Below are positions 1 to 8,680 of a stretch of 24,000 nt of DNA, piece by piece. A model generated the notes under the pieces. It saw only the letters and a program-made list of their open reading frames with translations, ran no database searches and was not told the DNA's origin. The DNA lies in assembly GCF_002844275.1 (NCBI RefSeq), contig NZ_NXGX01000003.1:267549-291548 (forward strand), written 5' to 3'. Position 1 is the stretch's first letter, and the number at the start of each line of letters is the position of its first letter. The stretch is from Thalassospira lohafexi. Lineage in GTDB: Bacteria; Pseudomonadota; Alphaproteobacteria; Rhodospirillales; Thalassospiraceae. The translations under genes and the position numbers were made by a program.

Positions 1-16
1 TGTCGAAGCCGGGAGC

Positions 17-1042
17 GTGCACTACAAAGCACGCTCCTTGCGTCGTTTTTTGCTGCTGCTCGCGATGGGCGGGGCATTGTTTCTCTCGTTTGCTGTCGAT
101 CTGGCGACGGGACCGGCGAACTATCCGCTGTCTGATGTGATTGCCACCTTGCTTAATCCCGGGGCTGCAAGCGATCAGATGCGCGTGGTGATCTGGGAGA
201 TCCGCATGCCGGTTGCGCTAATGGCGCTAACTGTCGGGGCGGCCCTGTCGACGGCTGGTGCACAGATGCAAACCATCCTTGCCAACCCGCTTGCAAGCCC
301 CTTTACGCTTGGCATTTCGGCCGCCGCCGGATTTGGCGCGGCCTTGGCTCTGGTGCTGGGCGTCGCGCTCGTGCCGTCCCTTGTTGAATTTATCATTCCG
401 ATCAATGCCTTCATCATGGCCATGGGCGCAGCACTGATCATTCATTTCTTTAGCCGTATGCGCGGTGTCACGGTCGAAACCATTGTTTTGCTGGGCATCG
501 CACTGGTCTTTACCTTCAACGCGCTTCTGGCCCTATTGCAATATCTTGCCAGTGAGCAGGCGTTGGCTGCTGTTGTCTTCTGGACCATGGGTAGCTTGGT
601 GAAAGCCACCTGGACCAAGGTTGCGGTCACTGCCGCCGCCGTTGCGATTGCCCTGCCGCTGTTTACCAAACAAGCATGGGCCTTAACCGCCCTTCGTCTG
701 GGCGATGCCAAGGCAGAAAGTTTCGGCGTCAATGTTCAGGGTCTACGCCTGCGCACCATGCTGATCGTCAGCCTTCTGGCGGCAATCCCGGTATCGTTTG
801 TTGGCACCATCGGCTTTATCGGGCTGGTTGGCCCGCATATCGCCCGCATGCTGGTGGGCGAAGACCAGCGCTTCTTCCTGCCCGCTTCGGTTCTGTGCGG
901 GGCCTTGATCCTGTCGGCCACCTCGGTACTTTCCAAACTGCTGATCCCGGGTGCGATCTTGCCGATCGGGGTGATTACCGCCCTTGTCGGTGTGCCGTTC
1001 TTCTTCTCGTTGATTTTCGCAAGTCGGAGGAAATCATGGTAA
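17..1042 (+). CDS. FecCD-family iron-chelate (siderophore/heme/B12-type) ABC transporter permease
   Basis: 341-aa ORF that is hydrophobic throughout, with FecCD-like stretches (RMPVALMALTVGAALSTAGAQMQ; GFIGLVGPHIARMLVG). The called start is GTG at 17. The frame stays open to the window edge, so the true start may lie upstream. The stop overlaps the next gene's ATG (ATGGTAA). Confidence 0.85.
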   Translation: MHYKARSLRRFLLLLAMGGALFLSFAVDLATGPANYPLSDVIATLLNPGAASDQMRVVIWEIRMPVALMALTVGAALSTAGAQMQTILANPLASPFTLGISAAAGFGAALALVLGVALVPSLVEFIIPINAFIMAMGAALIIHFFSRMRGVTVETIVLLGIALVFTFNALLALLQYLASEQALAAVVFWTMGSLVKATWTKVAVTAAAVAIALPLFTKQAWALTALRLGDAKAESFGVNVQGLRLRTMLIVSLLAAIPVSFVGTIGFIGLVGPHIARMLVGEDQRFFLPASVLCGALILSATSVLSKLLIPGAILPIGVITALVGVPFFFSLIFASRRKSW

Positions 1043-1860
1043 CGCTGCAACTTGAAAATATCGGAGCGCGGTATGGCAAGGTTCAGGTGGTTTCGGGTGT
1101 TACGACACCGTTGATCAAACCGGGCACTGTCACCGCCGTCATCGGCCCCAATGCAGCAGGTAAATCCAGCCTGTTCAAACGCATTGCGGGACTGGCCAAG
1201 GGGGAGGGCACGGTCGACACCGGGTCTGCGGCCAAACAGCGCAACACCATTTGCTATATGCCGCAGGATACTGGATCAACCGCCGTTTTATCGGTCTATG
1301 AGTCCGTCATTCTTGCCGCCAAGCAGGGATCAAGTTTACGCGTGCGTGATGATGAACTGACCCGCATTGATGGCATTCTTGCTGCCTTGCGCATTTCAGA
1401 CCTGTCGGCGCGCAATCTGGGCGAACTCAGCGGCGGACAACGCCAATTGGTTGCCATCGCCCAGACACTGGTGCGGGACCCGAAAATCCTTCTGATGGAT
1501 GAACCAACCTCGGCCCTTGATCTGCATCGCCAGATGGAGGTTCTGTCTTTCATGCGTGATATCGCCAAAGGGCAAAACATCATTGTCCTGATCGCCATTC
1601 ACGATCTGAACCACGCGCTTCAATATTGCGATCAAGCCATGGCGATCCGCGATGGCCGCATGGTGGCTTTCGGCCCCTGTGCCGATGTCATCGACAGCGA
1701 CCTGTTGCGCGATGTCTATCAGGTCGATGGCCATGTCGAATATAATTCGCTTGGTCATGCTCACGTTGTCTTGCGCGGCCCGCATGATGAAACCAACAGC
1801 CGCCATAGCACAGCCGTGATGCATAATCCCGTCTCGGACATGTCACTGGCTGCTCAATAA
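1036..1860 (+). CDS. Iron-chelate ABC transporter ATP-binding protein (FecE/FepC-like)
   Basis: Walker A GPNAAGKSS, ABC signature LSGGQRQ and Walker B ILLMDEPTSALD. The ATG at 1036 overlaps the permease stop, suggesting translational coupling. The ORF-track start at 676 is an out-of-context 5' extension across the permease. Confidence 0.85.
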   Translation: MVTLQLENIGARYGKVQVVSGVTTPLIKPGTVTAVIGPNAAGKSSLFKRIAGLAKGEGTVDTGSAAKQRNTICYMPQDTGSTAVLSVYESVILAAKQGSSLRVRDDELTRIDGILAALRISDLSARNLGELSGGQRQLVAIAQTLVRDPKILLMDEPTSALDLHRQMEVLSFMRDIAKGQNIIVLIAIHDLNHALQYCDQAMAIRDGRMVAFGPCADVIDSDLLRDVYQVDGHVEYNSLGHAHVVLRGPHDETNSRHSTAVMHNPVSDMSLAAQ

Positions 1861-1892
1861 GCATTCGCGAGAATCTCTGCTGACACGGATAC

Positions 1893-1930
1893 ATGGACGT
1901 CAGGACAAAACACATCGTTCTGACGTCCAT
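1893..1930. terminator. Hairpin between convergent genes (11-bp perfect stem ATGGACGTCAG/CTGACGTCCAT, 16-nt loop); possible bidirectional terminator
   Basis: Perfect inverted repeat at 1893-1903 and 1920-1930, between the ATPase stop (1860) and the yciI stop (1966). Neither side has a U-tract, so terminator function is uncertain. Confidence 0.3.
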
Positions 1931-1965
1931 TCTACGCCCTGTACATTGAAGAGACTTGGTATTTA

Positions 1966-2250
1966 TCAGCCCTGCAAGGCGTCCAAGCCATCCGCCACCA
2001 TGACCGGATCAAATTCCGTGATCGTGTAATCGGCCAGATCATGTTGATGAAACGGATCACGGGTCAGTTCTTCTTCAAGTAGAGCCCGGTCGCCCTTGGC
2101 AAGGATCACCCCGCCATCACGCGGAATTTTGCGTCCGGACGCCAGAAACATCCCCTTGGCATAGGCTGATTTCAGCCATGCGATGTGCCCGTCAATATGG
2201 GCGTCCACTTCTTCAAGCGGGACTTTGTAGCTCAGCGAAACAACAAACAT
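1966..2250 (-). CDS. YciI-family protein
   Basis: 94 aa with an ATG start. The size and sequence (MFVVSLSYK...HIAWLK...GMFLASGRK...GGVILAKG...DPF) are typical of the YciI-like small alpha/beta family. Confidence 0.75.
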   Translation of the reverse strand: MFVVSLSYKVPLEEVDAHIDGHIAWLKSAYAKGMFLASGRKIPRDGGVILAKGDRALLEEELTRDPFHQHDLADYTITEFDPVMVADGLDALQG

Positions 2251-2319
2251 CTTTCGTCCAGTCCATTATCTTGGAAAACAAGGACGATCAACATACCCGA
2301 AAACCGTCAGATATGTGGA

Positions 2320-2748
2320 TCAGGATGACGCTTCACCAACGCGCTCGATCAACCGTTCAATCCGCTGGGCATGGGCATTTTCAACCCGCGCCAGACTTTC
2401 AAACCACGCGGCAACGTCATCAAGGCCTTCTTCCCGCGCGATACGCGCCATTTCCGGATAGGTCTGATCGGCTTCAGCCCGTTCTAAGGCCAATGCCGCT
2501 TCCAGATTGAGCTTTGTCGTGCCCAATGCCTTGCCGGTCGTCGCATCACCGGTTTTTTCCAAAAATTCCAGATGTCCGAACGCATGACCAGTTTCCGCCT
2601 CGGCAGCGGCTCGGAACAGCTCGGCGGCGTCGGTATCGCCTTCGATATCAGCCTGCTGGGCGAAATAAAGGTATCGACGGTTGGTTTGTGCTTCTGCGGC
2701 AAAGGCTGCGCGCAGATTTTCCTCGGTACGTGTTCCCTTAAGCGCCAT
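2320..2748 (-). CDS. Rubrerythrin-family / ferritin-like diiron protein (no rubredoxin domain)
   Basis: 142 aa from the ATG at 2748, with an AGGA Shine-Dalgarno 8 nt upstream. Starts MALKGTRTEENLRAAFAAEAQTNRRYLYFAQQA and carries diiron E..H motifs (AEAETGHAFGH; ERAEA). Confidence 0.8.
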   Translation of the reverse strand: MALKGTRTEENLRAAFAAEAQTNRRYLYFAQQADIEGDTDAAELFRAAAEAETGHAFGHLEFLEKTGDATTGKALGTTKLNLEAALALERAEADQTYPEMARIAREEGLDDVAAWFESLARVENAHAQRIERLIERVGEASS

Positions 2749-2809
2749 GTGCGCTGTCCTTATATTATTGTTCGCAAAGATCATTTGTGTGGATGCATGC
2801 GAAAGGTAT

Positions 2810-2848
2810 CAAACAAAACAGGCGGCAAACCCTTACGGTTCTGCCACC
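2810..2848 (-). terminator. Rho-independent terminator about 150 nt downstream of irr
   Basis: Minus-strand RNA reads GGUGGCAGAACC-GUAA-GGGUUUGCCGCC: a 12-bp stem with 2 G.U pairs and 1 mismatch, and a GNRA loop. It is followed directly by UGUUUUGUUUG. Confidence 0.5.
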
Positions 2849-3000
2849 CCTGTATTTGTCCTGAAATCGTTCTGCGTCAAGCAGCATCAAACCAATTTGC
2901 ACCACCTGACGGCAGATTTCATCAGCCTGTCACCTTGTACCCAAATGCCGAAATTACCCCGCGACCAAGGTGCTGATCACAGCCAAACATACCGGGGCAA

Positions 3001-3447
3001 TCAGGCCGCATTCCGTGTCGCTGAATTGCGTTTCAAGCGGAAAACAAGATCAACCGACTGCAGTTCCGTGCCGCGCGGCATGTTGGGAATACCGGCAATC
3101 TGAATGGATTCAGCGGGAATGTCTGACAGCATGCCGTCTTCTTCGCAGTAAAAATGATAATGCGGGGCGGTGTTGGTATCAAAATATGAACGGCCCGAAT
3201 CAACCACGATCTCATTAAGCAAACCGGCATCGGTAAACTGGTGCAAAGTGTTATAGACCGTTGCCAATGACACCTTGATGGTGTTGGTCATCGCTTCGGA
3301 ATGAATTTGCTCTGCTGTGATATGGCGATGGCCATCTTCAAACATCAGACGGGCCAGGGCCAGTCGCTGCCGGGTGGGGCGCAGATTGGCCTCTTTAAGG
3401 CGATTAAGTGCATTGGTGTATGGACGCCCGGTGGTGGCGGTACGCAT
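3001..3447 (-). CDS. irr: Fur-family iron response regulator, Irr type
   Basis: 148 aa. LRPTRQRLALARLMF...HITAEQIHSEA...KVSLATVYNTLHQFTDAGLL...SYFDTNTAPHYHFY closely parallels Bradyrhizobium/Rhizobium Irr as I recall it. It has an H-x-H motif (HYH) where Irr has HHH. There are no CxxC zinc-site pairs and no N-terminal CP heme-regulatory motif. A GAAGGGG Shine-Dalgarno precedes the ATG. Confidence 0.8.
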   Translation of the reverse strand: MRTATTGRPYTNALNRLKEANLRPTRQRLALARLMFEDGHRHITAEQIHSEAMTNTIKVSLATVYNTLHQFTDAGLLNEIVVDSGRSYFDTNTAPHYHFYCEEDGMLSDIPAESIQIAGIPNMPRGTELQSVDLVFRLKRNSATRNAA

Positions 3448-3584
3448 GATCTTGCCCCTTCACTTTCCTGACGGGCCAATATTCATTTACGGCCCCGATC
3501 AATTCCAAGGCTACCTTAGGGAACCTCTGCGCGCGGTTCTTTGATTTTGATCAACTCCAATCACATCAATCCGCGGCATGCGCC

Positions 3585-3617
3585 CATAAAAAAGGGCCGG
3601 TGAAAAACCGGCCCTTT
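3585..3617 (-). terminator. Rho-independent terminator ending the pnp / NMO-family transcript
   Basis: Minus-strand RNA reads GGGCCGGU-UUUUC-ACCGGCCC followed by UUUUUUAU. It lies 24 nt after the stop at 3641. Confidence 0.8.
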
Positions 3618-3640
3618 GAAATGATCTGACAGATCGGTGA

Positions 3641-5125
3641 TCAGTCACCGGTCATGATGCGATCAACAAGCTGTTTGACGCTCGGAATGTTGCCGTTGGC
3701 ATAGAACGGGTCTTCACCAAACTTGTAGGCATTATGGCCGGCAAACATCAGTTCGTTTTCAACCTTCGCACCGTGCGCAATGTTCTGAAGCGTTTTTTGA
3801 ATACAGAAAGAACGCGGATCAGCCCGTTTGCCGGTCGTGCCACTGTGCTGTTCCCAGTTGGAGAACTGGCACTGTGACAAACAGCCCATGCAATCGATCT
3901 GGTCTTTCTTAACCGTCAATGCGCTTTCAGGTGTCAAAAACACCATGGTTTCATCCGGGGTCGGCATGCCTTCGGTGTATCCGGCATCAAGCCAGCCACG
4001 CACCTTATCGGCATCATCTTCGCGGACGTAAATCGGACGCCCACGACGGCCCAGCGGAATACCGACATGCAGGTCTGCTTCGGCAGTACGCGAATAGCGC
4101 ACCTGACGATCAGACCGCTGATGCAGGTCTTCGAGGAAGGTGTTACGCACCGCCGAGCTATAGAAACCCGTCGGGCTGAATTTATGCAGCGATACATCGC
4201 CATCCTGAAGGCTGGTCAGGCGCTGTTTCCACTCGTCGGAAATCTCGCTTTCCTGAGTCAGAAGCGGACGGGTACCAAACTGGAAGGCCACCGGGGCAAC
4301 TTCCGGATTGTCGATCCAGTCTTCAAAATCACGCAGGAACCAGACACCGCCAGCCATAATGATTGGCACATGGTTCAGGCCAACCGAATTCATGAATGTA
4401 CGCAGGTCACGGACACGCGGGAACGGATCTTCGGGCACAAGCGGATCTTCGGAATTCGACAGACCGTTATGGCCACCGGCACGCCATGGATCTTCATAAA
4501 CCACACCGCCCAGCCATTCCGGGGTCTTTTTATACGACCGCAGCCACAATGCGCGGAAAGCACGGGCCGAAGACACAATCGGATAATAGTGAACGCCATA
4601 GTGGGCTGAAATCTGGGCAATCTTGTAGGGCATGCCTGCACCACAGGTCACCCCGTGAATAAGGCCTTTGGCACCTTCAAGCACACCCTCAAGGATCGGC
4701 TCAGCGCCGCCCATTTCCCACAAAACGTTCATATGCAAACGGCCTTCGCCGTTCCGCATTTCGTGGGCAATCTGAGCCTGTGCAATGCCGCCGCGAATAC
4801 CGTACGCAATCAGTTCCTGATGGCGGTCTCCGCGGGTTTTTCCTGCGTATTCGATCGGAACCATGTTGCCGTTCTCGTCATACGAGTCAGCATTCACAGC
4901 GGAAAAAGTCCCGATACCGCCGGCAGCGGCCCATGCGCCGGAACTTTTGCCCGTCGATACAGCGACGCCTTTGCCACCTTCGATAACTGGCAAGACTTCT
5001 TTACCCGACATGACGAGCGGATTAAGGGCTTTCAAGTTCGTCTCTCCCATTCGGCAATTTGCCAGCGACACCCCTGCATCGCTTTGACTGTCGGACGACG
5101 TTACATTTTTATCGTCGTCCGGCAT
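3641..5125 (-). CDS. Nitronate monooxygenase (NMO / 2-nitropropane dioxygenase) family FMN oxidoreductase, long form
   Basis: 494-aa ORF with FMN TIM-barrel-like glycine motifs (VIEGGKGV, GGIGTFS, VTCGAGMP, IIMAGGVW). The first ATG is 9 bp after the pnp stop and has no clear Shine-Dalgarno. An internal ATG at 5050 is an alternative start. Confidence 0.65.
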   Translation of the reverse strand: MPDDDKNVTSSDSQSDAGVSLANCRMGETNLKALNPLVMSGKEVLPVIEGGKGVAVSTGKSSGAWAAAGGIGTFSAVNADSYDENGNMVPIEYAGKTRGDRHQELIAYGIRGGIAQAQIAHEMRNGEGRLHMNVLWEMGGAEPILEGVLEGAKGLIHGVTCGAGMPYKIAQISAHYGVHYYPIVSSARAFRALWLRSYKKTPEWLGGVVYEDPWRAGGHNGLSNSEDPLVPEDPFPRVRDLRTFMNSVGLNHVPIIMAGGVWFLRDFEDWIDNPEVAPVAFQFGTRPLLTQESEISDEWKQRLTSLQDGDVSLHKFSPTGFYSSAVRNTFLEDLHQRSDRQVRYSRTAEADLHVGIPLGRRGRPIYVREDDADKVRGWLDAGYTEGMPTPDETMVFLTPESALTVKKDQIDCMGCLSQCQFSNWEQHSGTTGKRADPRSFCIQKTLQNIAHGAKVENELMFAGHNAYKFGEDPFYANGNIPSVKQLVDRIMTGD

Positions 5126-5134
5126 CCAATTTGC

Positions 5135-7258
5135 TTATTCGGCGTCGCCTGCTTCGAGGTCTGCACCGGTTTCCTGGTCGACACGTTTCATCGACAGTTT
5201 GATCTTGCCGCGATCATCGAAACCGATGACTTTGACTTTAACTGCATCGCCTTCTTTCACGATATCCGAAACCTGTTTGACACGCTCAGGTGCCAGTTCG
5301 GAAATGTGAACAAGACCGTCGCGGGCGCCAAAGAAGTTTACGAAGGCACCAAAGTCGACAGCCTTAACGACCTTACCATCATAGATATGATCCAATTCAG
5401 GTTCTGCAACGATTGATTTGATCCAATCAACAGCTTGCTTGCCTTTTGCACCATCGGTATGTGCGACAGTGATCGAACCATCATCTTCGATATCGACTTT
5501 TGCGCCGGTCTCTTCGCAGATTTCGCGAATAACCTTACCGCCCGAACCGATGACATCACGAATTTTGTCTTTCGGGATCGAAAACTGGGTAATGGTCGGT
5601 GCATTGCCCGATACTTCACCACGTGCTTCCGGAAGCGCCTTGGACATTTCACCAAGGATATGCAAACGGCCGTCACGTGCCTGTTTCAGGGCGATCTGCA
5701 TGATGTCTGCGGTCACCGAGGTGATCTTGATGTCCATCTGCAGCGAGGTGATGCCGTTTTCGGTACCAGCAACTTTAAAGTCCATGTCACCAAGGTGATC
5801 TTCATCACCCATAATGTCAGAAAGAACAGCAAAGTCGTCTGATTCCTTGATCAGGCCCATCGCAATACCCGCAACCGGACGTACCAGCGGAACACCGGCA
5901 TCCATCATTGCAAGCGAGCTTGCACACACCGTCGCCATCGAAGACGAACCGTTTGACTCGGTAACTTCCGAAACAATACGGGTGGTGTACGGGAAGGTGT
6001 CTTTGGTCGGCATCAACGGATGCAGCGCACGCCATGCAAGTTTACCATGACCGATCTCACGACGGCCAGGCGACCCCATGCGGCCAGCTTCACCAACCGA
6101 GTACGGCGGGAAGTTGTAATGCAGCATGAAGCTTTCACGGTATTCACCGTCAAGCGCATCAACAATCTGCTCGTCCTGACCGGTACCAAGGGTAACAACA
6201 GCCAGTGCCTGCGTTTCACCACGGGTAAAGATCGCAGAACCATGCGAACGCGGCAGAACCGAAACTTCGCCCATGATCGAACGAACGTCAGCACCGCTAC
6301 GGCCATCAATACGTTTGCCGGTTTTCAGGATCGCACCGCGAACGATGTCTTTTTCCAGATCCTTGATGATCGACGAAACTTTGCCTTTAAGCCCATCAGG
6401 AACTTCATCACCAAGTTTCTCGACGATTTCAGCTTTGGCAACCGAAATGGCAGCCGAACGTTCCTGTTTGACAACATGGCTATAAGCTTTGGTCAGGGCA
6501 TCGGTGCCAAGACCAGCAACTTTTTCGACCAATGCGTCATAGCCTTCTGGCAGTTCAGCAATAGCGCGCGGCTCTTTGGCAGCGTCTTCAGCAAGATCGA
6601 TGATCAGGTCAAGAACGCCCTGGAACTGATCGTGACCGAATTTAACTGCACCAAGCATGATTTCTTCGGACAGCTCGGATGCTTCGGACTCAACCATCAT
6701 CACGCCATCGCGGGTACCCGCAACAACAAGATCAAGATCGCCTTCTTTAACCGAGTCGGTCGCCGGATTGAGGATGTACTCACCATCTGCATAACCAACG
6801 CGCGCAGCACCAATCGGACCGAGGAACGGCAGGCCAGAAATCGTCAGCGCAGCCGAGGTGCCGATCATGGCAACCACATCCGGGTCGTGTTCCATGTCGT
6901 GCGACAGAACGGTACAAACGATCTGGGTGTCGTTGCGATACAGCGGGTGGAACAGCGGGCGGATCGGACGGTCGATCAGACGCGAAACAAGCGTTTCTTT
7001 TTCCGAAGGACGGCCTTCACGTTTGAAGAAACCACCCGGGATTTTACCCGCGGCAAATGCTTTTTCCTGGTAGTTAACCGTCAGTGGGAAAAAGTCGACA
7101 TCCGGGCGCGGCTGTTTGGCGCCAACGGCAGTACAAAGAACAACGGTCTCACCATAGGTGACCTTGACAGCGCCATCGGCCTGACGGGCGATTTTACCGG
7201 TTTCAAGGGTCAGAGTGGCGTTGCCCCACTGCATTTCCTTACGGACGACATTAAACAT
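5135..7258 (-). CDS. pnp: Polyribonucleotide nucleotidyltransferase (PNPase)
   Basis: 707 aa with two RNase PH domains, a KH domain ([11 protein letters not shown]) and an S1 domain ([17 protein letters not shown]). A strong AGAGGAAGAG Shine-Dalgarno precedes the ATG. Confidence 0.97.
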   Translation of the reverse strand: MFNVVRKEMQWGNATLTLETGKIARQADGAVKVTYGETVVLCTAVGAKQPRPDVDFFPLTVNYQEKAFAAGKIPGGFFKREGRPSEKETLVSRLIDRPIRPLFHPLYRNDTQIVCTVLSHDMEHDPDVVAMIGTSAALTISGLPFLGPIGAARVGYADGEYILNPATDSVKEGDLDLVVAGTRDGVMMVESEASELSEEIMLGAVKFGHDQFQGVLDLIIDLAEDAAKEPRAIAELPEGYDALVEKVAGLGTDALTKAYSHVVKQERSAAISVAKAEIVEKLGDEVPDGLKGKVSSIIKDLEKDIVRGAILKTGKRIDGRSGADVRSIMGEVSVLPRSHGSAIFTRGETQALAVVTLGTGQDEQIVDALDGEYRESFMLHYNFPPYSVGEAGRMGSPGRREIGHGKLAWRALHPLMPTKDTFPYTTRIVSEVTESNGSSSMATVCASSLAMMDAGVPLVRPVAGIAMGLIKESDDFAVLSDIMGDEDHLGDMDFKVAGTENGITSLQMDIKITSVTADIMQIALKQARDGRLHILGEMSKALPEARGEVSGNAPTITQFSIPKDKIRDVIGSGGKVIREICEETGAKVDIEDDGSITVAHTDGAKGKQAVDWIKSIVAEPELDHIYDGKVVKAVDFGAFVNFFGARDGLVHISELAPERVKQVSDIVKEGDAVKVKVIGFDDRGKIKLSMKRVDQETGADLEAGDAE

Positions 7259-7318
7259 TATTTTCTCTTCCTCTTACAAACATCTGACGGACCCGTAATC
7301 ATACACGAGTTCCGAACA

Positions 7319-7358
7319 CATTAATTATGAGGCTTTGGTAACAGCTTCATAATTAATG
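7319..7358 (-). promoter_or_regulatory. Long AU-rich stem-loop in the pnp 5' leader (candidate RNase III / autoregulatory hairpin)
   Basis: Minus-strand RNA reads CAUUAAUUAUGAAGCU-GUUACCAA-AGCCUCAUAAUUAAUG, with 15 of 16 positions paired. It is flanked by GGACCC/GGGUCC, which could extend the stem. It lies 61 nt upstream of the pnp ATG. Confidence 0.5.
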
Positions 7359-7422
7359 GGTCCGGATTAAGCATCTGGTCGGCCCATCCGACCCTACTTC
7401 CCGTGTTCTGATCCATCAGAAC

Positions 7423-7457
7423 AATAAAAAACGACGGCGGAGGTCACCCTCCGCCGT
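7423..7457 (-). terminator. rpsO rho-independent terminator
   Basis: Minus-strand RNA reads ACGGCGGAGG-GUGA-CCUCCGCCGU (10-bp GC-rich stem) followed by CGUUUUUUAUU. It lies 10 nt after the rpsO stop. Confidence 0.85.
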
Positions 7458-7466
7458 AGTTCGAAA

Positions 7467-7736
7467 TCAGCGGCGAATACCGAGACGTGCAATGACGGCC
7501 TCGTAACGCGACTGGTCTTTGCGCTGCAGATACTTCAGCAGGCGACGACGCTGGCCGACCATCATGAGAAGACCACGACGGCTATGGAAGTCGTGTTTGT
7601 GTTCTTTCATGTGTTCGGTAAGGTTCTTGATCCGTTCGGTCAGGATTGAAACCTGGACTTCGGGGGAACCGGTGTCACCGTCTTTCTGAGCGTATTCTTT
7701 GATCAGCTCGGCTTTGCGTTCAGCAGTAATCGACAT
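7467..7736 (-). CDS. rpsO: 30S ribosomal protein S15
   Basis: 89 aa: [15 protein letters not shown]...[18 protein letters not shown]...[25 protein letters not shown]. Confidence 0.97.
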   Translation of the reverse strand: MSITAERKAELIKEYAQKDGDTGSPEVQVSILTERIKNLTEHMKEHKHDFHSRRGLLMMVGQRRRLLKYLQRKDQSRYEAVIARLGIRR

Positions 7737-7753
7737 CAGGCATCCTTTCGCCT

Positions 7754-8680
7754 TTAGAGATTAAAAACACGTACGGGCCGAATTTCGCCACCACTTATCT
7801 CCGCCAACGCAACAGCGCGGTTATGGAGCATGGCACAGACGATTTCGTCCTGCACGACGGGGTTTTCGAGGGCACTTCGCTTTGCAACCGGCAACAGTCC
7901 TACGGACTGGCCAGATGAAAGGCGTTGCGCCTCGACTTCGGTCAGGGCCAGCGCCGGGATGTCGTCCAGCGCGGTCTCAACCGGAAGCATTTTCTTCAAC
8001 ACCTCTTCGGGGTCCATTTCGAGCAGATCCTGCAAGCGAATGGAATCACCCTCCGAAAACGGCCCCGCCGAAGTCCGGCGAAGCGCGGCGATATAGCCAA
8101 CAGTACCAAGGCGCAGCGCAATATCGCGCGCCAAAGATCGCATATATGCCCCTTTGCCCGATATGACATCGAACACAGCATGATCGCGATCTGGCATATC
8201 GACCAGTCGAAGATCCTTGATCAGAATCGGACGTGGTTTTAACACCACCTCTTCATCGCGACGCGCAAGATCATAGGCACGCTTGCCGTTGACCTTGATC
8301 GCCGAAAACTTTGGCGGCACCTGCTGAATTTCACCCGTGAATTCATTCAGCACGGCCTTAATTTCGTCTGCGCTCGGACGATGATCAGACGTTTCGATAA
8401 CGTCGCCTTCTGCATCATCCGTGCTGCGTGCTTCGCCGAACTTCAGCGTAACACGATAACTTTTGCTGCCATCCATGACATAAGCAACCGTTTTGGTTGC
8501 TTCGCCAAAGGCAATTGGCAACACACCAGACGCCAATGGGTCAAGTGTCCCGCCATGTCCGGCTTTGGCTGCATCTAACAGACGACGCACCTGATTGACC
8601 ACGGTTGATGACGTGATCTCCAGAGGTTTGTCGACCGCCAACCAGCCATTAATGCTTTTACCGCGACGACGACGCGCCAT
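7754..8680 (-). CDS. truB: tRNA pseudouridine(55) synthase
   Basis: 308 aa with the catalytic-Asp motif [15 protein letters not shown] and [20 protein letters not shown]. The ATG shares 1 nt with the rbfA stop. Confidence 0.95.
   Translation of the reverse strand: MARRRRGKSINGWLAVDKPLEITSSTVVNQVRRLLDAAKAGHGGTLDPLASGVLPIAFGEATKTVAYVMDGSKSYRVTLKFGEARSTDDAEGDVIETSDHRPSADEIKAVLNEFTGEIQQVPPKFSAIKVNGKRAYDLARRDEEVVLKPRPILIKDLRLVDMPDRDHAVFDVISGKGAYMRSLARDIALRLGTVGYIAALRRTSAGPFSEGDSIRLQDLLEMDPEEVLKKMLPVETALDDIPALALTEVEAQRLSSGQSVGLLPVAKRSALENPVVQDEIVCAMLHNRAVALAEISGGEIRPVRVFNL

Noticed and set aside
676-1035. 5' extension of the ABC ATPase ORF (ORF track 676-1860) overlapping the permease in another frame.
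   Set aside because: The extension is Arg/Pro/Gly-rich nonsense overlapping the permease gene. The ATPase fold begins at the ATG at 1036, which is coupled to the permease stop.
2749-2810. Fur, PerR or Irr (ICE) box upstream of the rubrerythrin-like gene.
   Set aside because: The best candidate (TGATCTTTGCGAACA) matches the 7-1-7 Fur consensus at only about 9 of 14 specified positions. No TTTAGAA-N3-TTCTAAA-like ICE was found.
3541-3554. TTGAT-N4-ATCAA palindrome upstream of irr, considered as an iron-regulator operator.
   Set aside because: The arms are only 5 bp. It matches Fur or IRO (TGA-N9-TCA) consensus poorly, and similar palindromes are expected by chance.
6020-7324. 434-aa plus-strand ORF antisense to pnp. 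Similar long antisense ORFs lie at 4655-5416, 9072-10256, 12461-13318 and 13436-14317.
   Set aside because: Each lies entirely opposite a confidently identified conserved gene (pnp, NMO, infB, nusA). Their translations are low-complexity with no recognisable motifs, and they have no Shine-Dalgarno or promoter context. These are typical shadow ORFs caused by stop-codon depletion on the antisense frame.
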